A DNA stretch of 64,000 bases from a virus. This document shows, one piece after another, positions 18,605 to 27,758 of this stretch. The notes under the pieces are model-generated. The model searched no databases. It saw only the letters and a program-made list of their open reading frames with translations, and was not told where the DNA came from. The DNA lies in IMG/VR virus record IMGVR_UViG_3300017731_002846, positions 41,905 through 105,904 of that record; one strand, written 5' to 3'. The position numbers and the translations under genes were made by a program. The stretch's first letter is position 1. Each line of letters starts with the position of its first letter.

Positions 18605-21184
18605 TTAAGATTTTATATCTTTTAACTTCATGTAAATCATTTCGTCAATTATTTTCATGTTATTAACAAATATTGCATCTCCATCTCTAGTTTTTTCTCC
18701 GTTTATAGTTATAATACTTCCCTCTTTGGGGACAGGGTTCTTTTTTAAAAAGTTTGTGCACTTTCTTTCTCTAGCGGTATCGCAAAGAATTGCATCTACC
18801 GTACCAAACTCATCTTCCAACTCTAGCTTGATGTAGGTGTTGCCATTCCGGGACTTATCTTTCTTTGAAAATGCGACGCTAAATATATATTTAGCAGTAG
18901 AGCGAGGTTCCAGTGAATTAAAGTATATAGAGTTTTGAGGCGGATGATCTACATTGTGGAAAACTTTACACAACTCAGATGAATAACTAAAGCCTAATAG
19001 CTGTTTTTCAAAATACCAATTAGCAAATTTTTGACTCTTACTATTTTTATAATATATCTTTTTATATGGATCGTATTTTTTCTTTAAAGTTTGGTAGCGA
19101 GATTCCTTTATCAAAGGCTTATTGTCATCCCCGACCGCTTTAAATTCAGAATCTGTTACATTTTTAAAAATAGTAAATAGGTCTTTACCTTCTTTTTCCG
19201 AGATAGATATGAAGTTTCTTTTTTCCCTATCAGTTAGGATATTAAATAATTGAGCCTCAAGTACAAGCTTGGATCGATCTTCGCTTGGATCGTCACTGAG
19301 AGCCCCCGCCTGAATCAAAGCACTTAAGACCCCGATGTTTAATCCAGCCTGCTTTGCAGCTAAAAACAATTCAAACTTTGTGCTACTCTGCTCGTCTCTG
19401 AATTTACGAAGAGAATCAAGAGATTTCTCACTGATACCTTTAATACTGCTAAGGCCATAACGAATATTGTTGCCCTCAATTGAAAAATTCATTTTGGATT
19501 TCAATAAGCTCGGAGGTAATAATTTAATACCAAAAAATGGCAGCTCTTGACTAATCCTTGCAACTTCTGCCTGAGGTGTTGGCTCGAACTGGGTCATCTT
19601 GAGTAGGGACAAAAAGAACTGCTTAGGGTGATTGAACTTTAGATATGTGGTCCATGCAGCCAAGGTGCTATAAGCGATAGAGTGAGATTTATTAAAAGAA
19701 TAGTTAGCACTATCCTCGGCGACACTCCAAAGTACATCAGCAGCTTCAATCGGGAGTTGGTTTTCTATGATTTGTTTCTCAATTTTAGCTTTCCATTTAG
19801 GCATTTGGTCTATCTTTTTCTTGCCAACAATTCTACGAAGTTGCTCGGCCTCATCCAGGGTGAACCCTACTTGAACCGCCATCTTCATAAGTTGCTCCTG
19901 ATACAGCGGAATCCCGCCAGTATAAGATAGTACTTCGTCGTACAATTCATGCTGACTTTGAAAATCACCAGTGCGGACATAGTCTGCATATTGATCGGTA
20001 AAATCAAGTGCCCCGGGCCTTGCAATAGCAACAACCGCGCTTAATTGTTCTAAGTTTTTGGGTTTAATCTTTTTGCAAACACTAAAATTAGTATGAGCCT
20101 CAATCTGAAACAATCCGTGGGCATGCTCAAGCTCCTGAAGGGGTAGGTATGTTTTCTCGTCATCTAAGGGTATGGACATCGGGTCAATCTTAATAGCTTG
20201 ACAGGCATCATGAATGACGCTTAGAGTCCTTAGACCTAAGATATCAAACTTAACCATGAGCTCAGCCACCCAGTTCATGTCGTATGCAGTTACTAATGCC
20301 CCTTCATTTGTAGCCTGCAGGGGACAGATACTAGATATCTCATGGTGAGAAATTGCAATCCCAGAAGGATGCACCCCGCTGTTTTTATTTAGGCCTTCTA
20401 TCTTTTGGGCAATACGAAAAACTTCTTGGTTTGTATCTACCCACTCTTTGAATTTTTCGCTATCATCTGCCGCATCACAAAGACCAACAACCTTCCCGAA
20501 GTTTTTCGGGATTAAAGCTGTCACCGCATTAATATCTGATTCATTATAACCCCCGACGATTTTACCGCACTCACGAATACAAAGCTTACTACTCAATGTA
20601 TTAAGGGTTAAGATCTTAGCGGTTCTTCCGGGGTACTTGTTCTCGATATACTCAATAACTTTATGGCGATGTTCGTAAGAAATATCGTTATCGACGTCTG
20701 CTAAAAGGCTCCCATCTAAATATGTAATACCATCTTTTTCGGTTTTCTTAGCCCTGCTCTTACTCACGAACCTTTCAAAGAACAAATCATACTTAATTGG
20801 GTCAATTTTTGTGACATCAATTAAATAAAGAACCAAAGACCCAGCGGCACTACCGCGCCCCGGACCCGTGGGTATATCGTTTTCGTGACAAAAATTTAGG
20901 ATATCCCAATTCAGCAATATATAATCAATGAACCCAAGCTCTTTTAATATAGTTAACTCTTCTTTTACTCTGTCGTAATATTCCTGCTTATTTTTTTGCT
21001 TATCAATTTTTTTATCCTTTACCCCACGAAGGCAAAGTTCACGCAGGAAATCATAGTTTGAAGTATCTGGAGATTTATTTAAGTCAGAATATTGTTCCGA
21101 GCTAATTTCAATCTCTGGAAGCTGCACCCCCGGGGGGACACAGTCTTCATAGGCAGTAAATTGTTCGATGAAACTTGTTGTCAT
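18605..21184 (-). CDS. dnaE: DNA polymerase III alpha (DnaE) core lacking the PHP domain
   Basis: GRGSAAGSLV, FERF, ADVDND, HPSG, KFDILGL, YQEQ, YSFNKSH, IRYGLSSIKG and a C-terminal OB fold. Confidence 0.95.
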   Translation of the reverse strand: MTTSFIEQFTAYEDCVPPGVQLPEIEISSEQYSDLNKSPDTSNYDFLRELCLRGVKDKKIDKQKNKQEYYDRVKEELTILKELGFIDYILLNWDILNFCHENDIPTGPGRGSAAGSLVLYLIDVTKIDPIKYDLFFERFVSKSRAKKTEKDGITYLDGSLLADVDNDISYEHRHKVIEYIENKYPGRTAKILTLNTLSSKLCIRECGKIVGGYNESDINAVTALIPKNFGKVVGLCDAADDSEKFKEWVDTNQEVFRIAQKIEGLNKNSGVHPSGIAISHHEISSICPLQATNEGALVTAYDMNWVAELMVKFDILGLRTLSVIHDACQAIKIDPMSIPLDDEKTYLPLQELEHAHGLFQIEAHTNFSVCKKIKPKNLEQLSAVVAIARPGALDFTDQYADYVRTGDFQSQHELYDEVLSYTGGIPLYQEQLMKMAVQVGFTLDEAEQLRRIVGKKKIDQMPKWKAKIEKQIIENQLPIEAADVLWSVAEDSANYSFNKSHSIAYSTLAAWTTYLKFNHPKQFFLSLLKMTQFEPTPQAEVARISQELPFFGIKLLPPSLLKSKMNFSIEGNNIRYGLSSIKGISEKSLDSLRKFRDEQSSTKFELFLAAKQAGLNIGVLSALIQAGALSDDPSEDRSKLVLEAQLFNILTDREKRNFISISEKEGKDLFTIFKNVTDSEFKAVGDDNKPLIKESRYQTLKKKYDPYKKIYYKNSKSQKFANWYFEKQLLGFSYSSELCKVFHNVDHPPQNSIYFNSLEPRSTAKYIFSVAFSKKDKSRNGNTYIKLELEDEFGTVDAILCDTARERKCTNFLKKNPVPKEGSIITINGEKTRDGDAIFVNNMKIIDEMIYMKLKDIKS

Positions 21185-21408
21185 AAATTTTTAATGGAAT
21201 CATTTTTGCACTGTTCCAGTGCATTTTTGCTCGATTCAATTGAGTTAATTTGATCAACTATAGAATTAAACTCAGATCTATTCTTAAACCAATAATCATT
21301 AGGTTTGGATGTAATTGTATTATACAAGCAGTGAGCCTCATCTATCAGGATTGATAACTCATTAGTATATAAATCAAGGTGCATATTAATTTTATCTTTT
21401 AATTTCAT
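21181..21408 (-). CDS. Hypothetical helical protein between exonuclease and dnaE
   Basis: ATGA overlaps with both neighbours when started at 21408. Confidence 0.6.
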   Translation of the reverse strand: MKLKDKINMHLDLYTNELSILIDEAHCLYNTITSKPNDYWFKNRSEFNSIVDQINSIESSKNALEQCKNDSIKNL

Positions 21409-22046
21409 ATTTTTATTGTCCACATCATTTTTTTAAATACTTCATAGTTTTTTTGAATGTCATATAATGCATCATGCAGCTTTTCAGGGTCAAATTCAAC
21501 ATCATATGTTTTGCAGCATGCCCCCAAGTTTAATCTCATACCCCTTTCATATACCGAGTTCAACTTAAACTGCCAAGAAAGGAAATCAATTTCTTTGTCA
21601 TATTCTATATCTTTATGAATCGCTTTAGCTATAGAGAGTGTGTCGATAGATTGTTTTAAATAAGAATAGTCAGTAGGGCGACCTAAAAGTTTTCGGAATA
21701 TATTATGTATATAAATATCAAAACCAAGAATATTATGCCCTAAATTAATATAATCTTCATTATATAGGAATTTCTCAAAATGATCAAGAACTTTTTCCGC
21801 TGGTTGCGATAATTTTTTATACTTAGCATCATTGAACCCGGTAACCTTTCGAGCCCCGTCAGACATTCTAAGGTCATCCCAATGAATATGATAATCATTA
21901 GACTCCACCAACTTGTCACCATGGTAAATCAAAAATGCAAGCTGCCAGGGCTTGTTATGCTCTGAGACTAAATTCAAATTGCAAGTTTCAAAGTCAAAAA
22001 CAATATACTTTTGATTTTTTTTAAATCTTAATAAGTCTTCTATCAT
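21405..22046 (-). CDS. DEDDh 3'-5' exonuclease (DnaQ/epsilon-like)
   Basis: FDFET, GHNILGFD, IDTL, HDALYD motifs. Confidence 0.92.
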   Translation of the reverse strand: MIEDLLRFKKNQKYIVFDFETCNLNLVSEHNKPWQLAFLIYHGDKLVESNDYHIHWDDLRMSDGARKVTGFNDAKYKKLSQPAEKVLDHFEKFLYNEDYINLGHNILGFDIYIHNIFRKLLGRPTDYSYLKQSIDTLSIAKAIHKDIEYDKEIDFLSWQFKLNSVYERGMRLNLGACCKTYDVEFDPEKLHDALYDIQKNYEVFKKMMWTIKI

Positions 22047-22049
22047 AAT

Positions 22050-22832
22050 TTATGAACTTTTATTTTTTTCCAAGTAACTTTCCCAACAAAATTGATCACT
22101 GCCTAGGTGGTCGAAGTTAGGCTTTTCAATCGAAAGATCTCTACCCGCAAAAGAATTCCTGCCACATATTAGTTTGTAAGTTAAGTAAGCGGAGAAGTCT
22201 TTTTTGTTCTTGTAAAATATTGACTGAGCCTCTTGCATTGCGAAGCCATTAGACTCACAATACTTTACCACTGCATCTTTAGTTATAAAGTCAAATGGGA
22301 GACCGTTGTCTTCTATAAAAAAAGTAGGCTTTGTGAAAGTAAAATGAGCAAAGCAAGACTGGAATGTTGTTAAGTTTTTAAATATAAACGAATCGTAAAA
22401 AGGAATAGCTAAGGATAGCTGATCTTCTTTCCAAAACTTCTTTAATAAATTAAAGTCTGCCCAACCAAAATACTTTGTTTTACACTCGGTGTAAATTTCG
22501 TTTAAGAGCTTGCAGCCGCCTGAGTTTTTTGGGAAAATAATAACCTTATGCTTGCATTTAATTAGTTTTGAATCTTCTGCATTAGCGATATCATCACAAA
22601 CGTCAAGCCTTAAACCAAAAATTAATTGCTTGCCAAGGTCATCGCAAACTTTGCGAGCCTGCAGGAAACCCATAAAACTGTCCTCTATAAGAATGACTTT
22701 ATCAAGACAACCTTCTTCTGCTATATCAAAAACAGAATCTGGACTGTTAGCGTTCTCGTCTATCTTAGGGGAATCTAACGTAAGTATAGATTTTCCTATG
22801 GAAAAATGGCTTTTAAATAATGGAAGCGTCAC
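22050..22832 (-). CDS. Stand-alone DnaE N-terminal PHP domain
   Basis: SHFSIGKSIL, D-SFMGF.QA...KQLIFG.R, KN..G...L match the DnaE PHP N-terminus; likely GTG start at 22832. Confidence 0.8.
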   Translation of the reverse strand: MTLPLFKSHFSIGKSILTLDSPKIDENANSPDSVFDIAEEGCLDKVILIEDSFMGFLQARKVCDDLGKQLIFGLRLDVCDDIANAEDSKLIKCKHKVIIFPKNSGGCKLLNEIYTECKTKYFGWADFNLLKKFWKEDQLSLAIPFYDSFIFKNLTTFQSCFAHFTFTKPTFFIEDNGLPFDFITKDAVVKYCESNGFAMQEAQSIFYKNKKDFSAYLTYKLICGRNSFAGRDLSIEKPNFDHLGSDQFCWESYLEKNKSS

Positions 22833-22838
22833 ACATAC

Positions 22839-22867
22839 AAAGTAACGCAATCTTAACAAAAAGTCAA
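22839..22867 (-). promoter_or_regulatory. sigma70-type promoter, leaderless
   Basis: TTGACT (22867-22862), 17 nt, TACTTT (22844-22839), 6 nt, GTG. Confidence 0.7.
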
Positions 22868-22868
22868 G

Positions 22869-24032
22869 CTATTTCTTAACCCGTTCGATGAAGTGGTCAG
22901 CCAGGCCTCCTTCGTTCAAATACTCCTCAAGCTCAATTAATAATTTATTCCTAATTTCTTTGACATCAGGAGGCAGCTCTTCTTTTTTGCTCTGACTATA
23001 TGTCATCGTCGAGGCAATTAATAAAAGTATCGCTAGCGGATCAAATACAAAAATTAAGGTAATAATAACAATACGAATAGCTTGACTAGTCTCTATATCA
23101 GCCCCCGCCCACTCATTGAGTAAATTCGCTATATACAATATAGGGCCGACCTCAACCTCTAGAGCTCTAAGCTTGGATCCATATTGGAATTTCTCTGCCT
23201 CCAATTTAGAAATGCGGTCATATGCCTGCTCAACCTCTTTTTGCACTCCAGAATCGCTAGTAATACCACTAGGTTGACCTGCTCTGAGGCTAAGACTAGA
23301 GTCAATCTTGTCCCTAGATTCGGCTACCTTTTCATCAAAATAGCTGGAAATCTCTTGGATTTTATTTTCGGCGGCAGATTTATTATTATTAATTAATTCT
23401 CTTTCTTTCTCTTGAACTAATAACATCTTGTCGTATTTACTGCTTGAGCCAAGGAAGCCGCTGGATTTTGCTGAAGAAAGTTTTTTATCCAATTCAGATA
23501 ATCTATCGTTTAATTTATTAATTATAGATTCTTGTATTTGAATCGATTCAGTCTTCTCTACCTTTAAAGATTCCACCCTCTTTTGCAATGTCTGTACTAT
23601 ACTGTCAGAGTTATCTTTTTGGAAGTTTTGGTTAGTGTTTAATAAATTTAGCCGCTCTTTCTTTCGAGAGATAAGCTCTTGCTCTCGAGCAATCTTTTGG
23701 TCAATTTGAGATATGGTTGCCTGCTCCTTTTCCATGGAAGCATGATGCTCAACATGAGAGCGAGACAAAAACCCGAAGATACCCATGCTTGTAATTAAAC
23801 TAAGTACAACAACCGAGAATAAGAGGTACCTCTTTAAGAACTTGAATGAATCATTCCAGTTATGATGCAACCAGACTGAGGCAATTAACTTTCCAACCTC
23901 AAGTACCCCTCCCATTATAATAATAGCTTCTTTAGAGCCAGGGAACATAGTAGCTAGACCAATAACGCTAAAGTATGCTGCGGTTAATGAAATCGATACA
24001 GCCGATAAGAAAATGAGTGTTGCGAAAAACAT
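22869..24032 (-). CDS. Multi-TM membrane protein with long coiled coil
   Basis: Three N-terminal TMs (AAYFSVIGL, LEVGKL, TSMGIFGFLS), about 200 aa coiled coil, C-terminal TM IFVFDPLAILLL; pattern seen in large phages. Confidence 0.75.
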   Translation of the reverse strand: MFFATLIFLSAVSISLTAAYFSVIGLATMFPGSKEAIIIMGGVLEVGKLIASVWLHHNWNDSFKFLKRYLLFSVVVLSLITSMGIFGFLSRSHVEHHASMEKEQATISQIDQKIAREQELISRKKERLNLLNTNQNFQKDNSDSIVQTLQKRVESLKVEKTESIQIQESIINKLNDRLSELDKKLSSAKSSGFLGSSSKYDKMLLVQEKERELINNNKSAAENKIQEISSYFDEKVAESRDKIDSSLSLRAGQPSGITSDSGVQKEVEQAYDRISKLEAEKFQYGSKLRALEVEVGPILYIANLLNEWAGADIETSQAIRIVIITLIFVFDPLAILLLIASTMTYSQSKKEELPPDVKEIRNKLLIELEEYLNEGGLADHFIERVKK

Positions 24033-24299
24033 TTAAATTTCCCCAAGCCTGTCTTGATTATTGCAGTCAATAATTTTTTTATTTAATAATTCAAAATGAA
24101 CTAAAGTAAAATATTTACCGCTTTTTTTGTTTGAAGAGTATTCATATCCATAATTAGACAAGAATCTACTAAGCTCTGCTATATATTCATATTTAATATG
24201 AACAATTATTTTAAATGGAGCCCCGCACTCTGAAACATCTTGAGAAAACAAGGAATCTTCAGCATATTCGTGGCAAATTGCCTCTATTGAATGTGTCAT
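24033..24299 (-). CDS. Hypothetical protein
   Basis: ATG at 24299 lies 10 nt after a GTGTA motif. Confidence 0.6.
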   Translation of the reverse strand: MTHSIEAICHEYAEDSLFSQDVSECGAPFKIIVHIKYEYIAELSRFLSNYGYEYSSNKKSGKYFTLVHFELLNKKIIDCNNQDRLGEI

Positions 24300-24338
24300 T
24301 AAAATAATGTACACGCACAATTGCAATAATATACAAGA

Positions 24339-25646
24339 TTAGAAGTCTAGCACATCAAGCAAGGGCTCTCCATCATGAGCTATCTTGAAAGGCCGACCAG
24401 AAGGAGAATATTGGATATCATTAAGAGGAAGACCCATTGCATAACCAATTGTAGCATTTAACCCAGCTGGATCCACAAACCTACCTTCGACTGGGTTCCT
24501 GCCTATTTTATCCATCTTACCATAAACAGTTCCGCCTTTTACTCCTCCACCAGCAAGGAAAGCTGAGAACCCGTAAGGCCAGTGGTCTCTGCCATTTCCA
24601 TTATTAATTCTTGGAGTACGACCAAATTCCGAAACAAGGACAACCATTGTGTCTTGTAATAACCCTCGAAGCTCTAGGTCAATAAGTAAGGCACTGAGGC
24701 CTTTGTCTAGGTCGGCACAGTTATTAGCAACCGACTCGAAGTTGTTTGAGTGAGTATCCCAACCGCCACGATTCACTTCAATATAGCGAACCTTGTTTTC
24801 AACCAAACGCCTTGCAAGCAAACAGCCCTGTCCGAATGCGGAACGCCCATAAAGGTCTTTCATCGCGTCGGGTTCAGAAGCCACATCAAATGCTTTTAAG
24901 TCTTCACTACGCATCAGTTTGATCGCATCATTGTAAAGGTCCGTATAAGCACGAACCTGTTTTTGATCATAGTTGTCTAAAAAGCTGGCATTCATCTTTT
25001 GTGCCATGGCTAGTCTGCCGTCGAACCTAGATTGGTCGAGGTAATCCGCAGCTTTACTGTTTGCTAATCCTGCCGCTGGGTTGCCAATGGGGAGAGGACC
25101 AAACTTAGATTCCAGAAATCCTGAACTACCTGAGCGTCCGTTAATAGCAATGTTCATCGGGATTGTCGAGTTAATCGGGCCAGACATTTTTGCGATCCAA
25201 CTACCAAAGGTAGGGTGAGTAATCGTTCCCCGCATTTGATAACTTGTGTGCATCAGGTAATTGCCCTGCATGTGCGCACCTTGACTCGTCATCATTGTAC
25301 GAATGATAGCTCCATTATGCATATGCTTAGCTGTCTCCGGCAAGTATTCAGACAAAAACACCCCGTCTACGCTAGTCGGAATGGGGTTAACAGGCCCTTG
25401 GTAGGTATCTTTATCTGCATCAGTGTTGGGGGCAAATGTATCCATGTGAGACATCCCTGCAGACATGTATAAATAGATCAGATGTCTCGCCTTGGCTGGA
25501 CGGGTGCCAGGTTGAAGAGCTTGGGCAGGGGTATGGACATAAGAACCAGCCATAGGCAGTAGCCCAACACCTAAACAAGCTTTGGCTGCACTAGCAACAA
25601 ATTCCCTACGACTTAATTCGCTTAAATTCTTTATATCAGATTTCAT
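24339..25646 (-). CDS. DUF1501 family protein with Tat signal
   Basis: SRREF Tat motif; M.AG.SH.DTF.P, YG...FG.GCLLARRLVE, GGWDTH, SEFGRTPRIN..GRDHW, AGGGVKGG. Confidence 0.93.
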   Translation of the reverse strand: MKSDIKNLSELSRREFVASAAKACLGVGLLPMAGSYVHTPAQALQPGTRPAKARHLIYLYMSAGMSHMDTFAPNTDADKDTYQGPVNPIPTSVDGVFLSEYLPETAKHMHNGAIIRTMMTSQGAHMQGNYLMHTSYQMRGTITHPTFGSWIAKMSGPINSTIPMNIAINGRSGSSGFLESKFGPLPIGNPAAGLANSKAADYLDQSRFDGRLAMAQKMNASFLDNYDQKQVRAYTDLYNDAIKLMRSEDLKAFDVASEPDAMKDLYGRSAFGQGCLLARRLVENKVRYIEVNRGGWDTHSNNFESVANNCADLDKGLSALLIDLELRGLLQDTMVVLVSEFGRTPRINNGNGRDHWPYGFSAFLAGGGVKGGTVYGKMDKIGRNPVEGRFVDPAGLNATIGYAMGLPLNDIQYSPSGRPFKIAHDGEPLLDVLDF

Positions 25647-25651
25647 TCGCC

Positions 25652-26716
25652 TTATAGTAAGTCATCTATATCTATTTTAGGCTTATTCCAATACGGACAA
25701 CCTTTGTATTCCATTAATTCTAATATTTCGCCTTCTTCTTTATTTAAGATGATAGTATCTTTATCTTCTTCAAAGTAAGATTTAATAATCTTGCCGTCAG
25801 AATTTTTAACAACATAGTAATTCATTGGCTTCCTGTAGGAGCAAATATAAGCAACAACTGGATTTCCTTCTTTGTCAAGCAATGGGCTGCCTTTAGATAT
25901 TTTATATCCATCTTTGCCGCACATAAGTGGACCACCAAATGTTCCATCAGAGGGATAACCTTGAGCCCCTGCAAAATTAGACACCGCATCGTCTTCATCA
26001 AAATTGTCAAGAAATGTCTGTATGCCCGTCAGGAAGAGCTCGACACCTTCCAACTCTTCTTCACTAATTTCCGACATTTTAACACAGCCTGATGCATGCA
26101 AATCAAATTTAAGAAATAAGAATTCAACTTGACGTTTTTTAAAGTGAGGAAAAAGTTTACGGACGGCTAGGGTATAAAGAAGATCTTGTAAATTATCTGT
26201 AACCTCTTTGCCTTTAAAGACAGACTTACTACTCTTGAAGTCTCTAATTACAGCTAAACTTGAGTCCTCATAAAGGAACAACTTATCAATAAACCCTCGC
26301 ATCCTATAAAGTTTTTTACCTTCATCTACAGTAATATTAAACTCCTGCTCAGATATAGCTTGATCTGGTTCGCCTCTTGCTCCACCAAAAAAATCAAAAT
26401 GAAGTCCGGCCAAAGTCATGTCATTAATCATCTCTAAGTTTTCCGGGTCATTAACTTTTAGCTTTTTAGCATGGTACAAGACCAATCTCTTTACTGGTTC
26501 ACATGCAAAAATAGAGTCTTTTAGTATGATTTCATCATAAATTTTCCGATGCTTGTCGGCCCCGAGCAATTCAAAGATTAAGTGACAAATCCACCCCCTG
26601 CTTGCTCCATCATTACTACGATCAGGGACTTTTAAGATATATGTGGCCCAGTAGCTCCAAGAGCAACTTTGGGCCTTCTTTATACGACTTGCGGAAAGGG
26701 GTGTTAGATTACTCAT
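25652..26716 (-). CDS. PD-(D/E)XK exonuclease, RecB/Cas4-like
   Basis: LSASRI....CS.....G.ICH...E; SEQEF; GFIDKL...IRDFKS; C-terminal Cys residues. Confidence 0.85.
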   Translation of the reverse strand: MSNLTPLSASRIKKAQSCSWSYWATYILKVPDRSNDGASRGWICHLIFELLGADKHRKIYDEIILKDSIFACEPVKRLVLYHAKKLKVNDPENLEMINDMTLAGLHFDFFGGARGEPDQAISEQEFNITVDEGKKLYRMRGFIDKLFLYEDSSLAVIRDFKSSKSVFKGKEVTDNLQDLLYTLAVRKLFPHFKKRQVEFLFLKFDLHASGCVKMSEISEEELEGVELFLTGIQTFLDNFDEDDAVSNFAGAQGYPSDGTFGGPLMCGKDGYKISKGSPLLDKEGNPVVAYICSYRKPMNYYVVKNSDGKIIKSYFEEDKDTIILNKEEGEILELMEYKGCPYWNKPKIDIDDLL

Positions 26717-27758
26717 TGAAGAATTTATTTTTGTAAGAACTAGATGCTATCTCTTTCTGTTCGATTAATTCCAAAATTTCTTTTTGGTAAGAAGGTTGAT
26801 CAAAGATGTAATCTTCTTCATCCAAATAAGACTTCCATTCAGGAAACTGATTACTAGACATATCCCCAAAATCATTTTCGAGAGGCGAATGTATTATTAT
26901 ATTATCCTTATTGAAGTAATTCAAAAGTTTCAAGTAACACTTATATGCTCCAATCTTACCTCGGTTTTGATCTTTATCTTTGTCGTTGTTAAGCGATAGT
27001 ATAACTTTAGAGCAACCAGAACTAACCAAGAAGCATGTCATAGCAGAAGATATTGATGTACCAAATAAAACAAGAACGTTTTTTATACCATTTTGATTAA
27101 GGTTCAATAAGTCACCTATGCTTTCGACTAAAATCACAGAGCCTGATTCGGAGATTGCTGATTGCACAGATTCTCCGCTGGGGTTTGGAGCATAAAAAGG
27201 ATAAATCCATGATGATTTCTTCCCGACATGTTTCCATTTAGGGCGATTGTTTGGGCTGGGGGACATGTCGCGACCACTAAAACCGCAGATTGATCCCTCG
27301 GCATTATAAATAGGGAAGACAAATCTTTGATACATTGCTCCTTCTGTTGCTAAGCCTGAACTTAGAGCTTTCAATACAGATGAGTCAATTCCCCTGTCAT
27401 TATAAAACTTATAGTGAGGGAGTAGCCGATCAAGCATTGAAGGTGGGTATGTTTTTTCCATAACTAATTTTGGTTTTTCAATAGTTTCAGTAGGGGTATT
27501 GGCGAAGTCATATCCTCCTAGGATTTTTTTAAGCTCACCTTTGTCATTCGTCTGTAGGGTAGCAGAAACCAGTGACTCGAGAGGTAAGTAAGAAGAATTT
27601 TTAACAAAATCCACCCAAACACCCGAGTCTTTATAAACTTGAAGCGCGGTTGGGTTTTTACCTCCTCTGTATAAAGCACTTGTTCTCCAGTGATTACCAA
27701 AATCAGAAAGCTTATAACCTAGATTCGTTAGAATATCTTTAATTTTATCAGCCGTCAT
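26709..27758 (-). CDS. dnaG: DnaG-like primase
   Basis: RFVFPI...ICGFSGR...KWK, TOPRIM LVESIGD...LFGT...NND; adjacent to the helicase. Confidence 0.88.
   Translation of the reverse strand: MTADKIKDILTNLGYKLSDFGNHWRTSALYRGGKNPTALQVYKDSGVWVDFVKNSSYLPLESLVSATLQTNDKGELKKILGGYDFANTPTETIEKPKLVMEKTYPPSMLDRLLPHYKFYNDRGIDSSVLKALSSGLATEGAMYQRFVFPIYNAEGSICGFSGRDMSPSPNNRPKWKHVGKKSSWIYPFYAPNPSGESVQSAISESGSVILVESIGDLLNLNQNGIKNVLVLFGTSISSAMTCFLVSSGCSKVILSLNNDKDKDQNRGKIGAYKCYLKLLNYFNKDNIIIHSPLENDFGDMSSNQFPEWKSYLDEEDYIFDQPSYQKEILELIEQKEIASSSYKNKFFNE

Noticed and set aside
21100-22100. Split intein joining the DnaE pieces
   Set aside because: No Cys/Ser-initiated intein block at the PHP end and no His-Asn-Cys junction near the start of the core.
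25652-26716. CRISPR-Cas system based on the Cas4-like gene
   Set aside because: No array or other cas genes; the context is primase/helicase, typical of phage replication nucleases.
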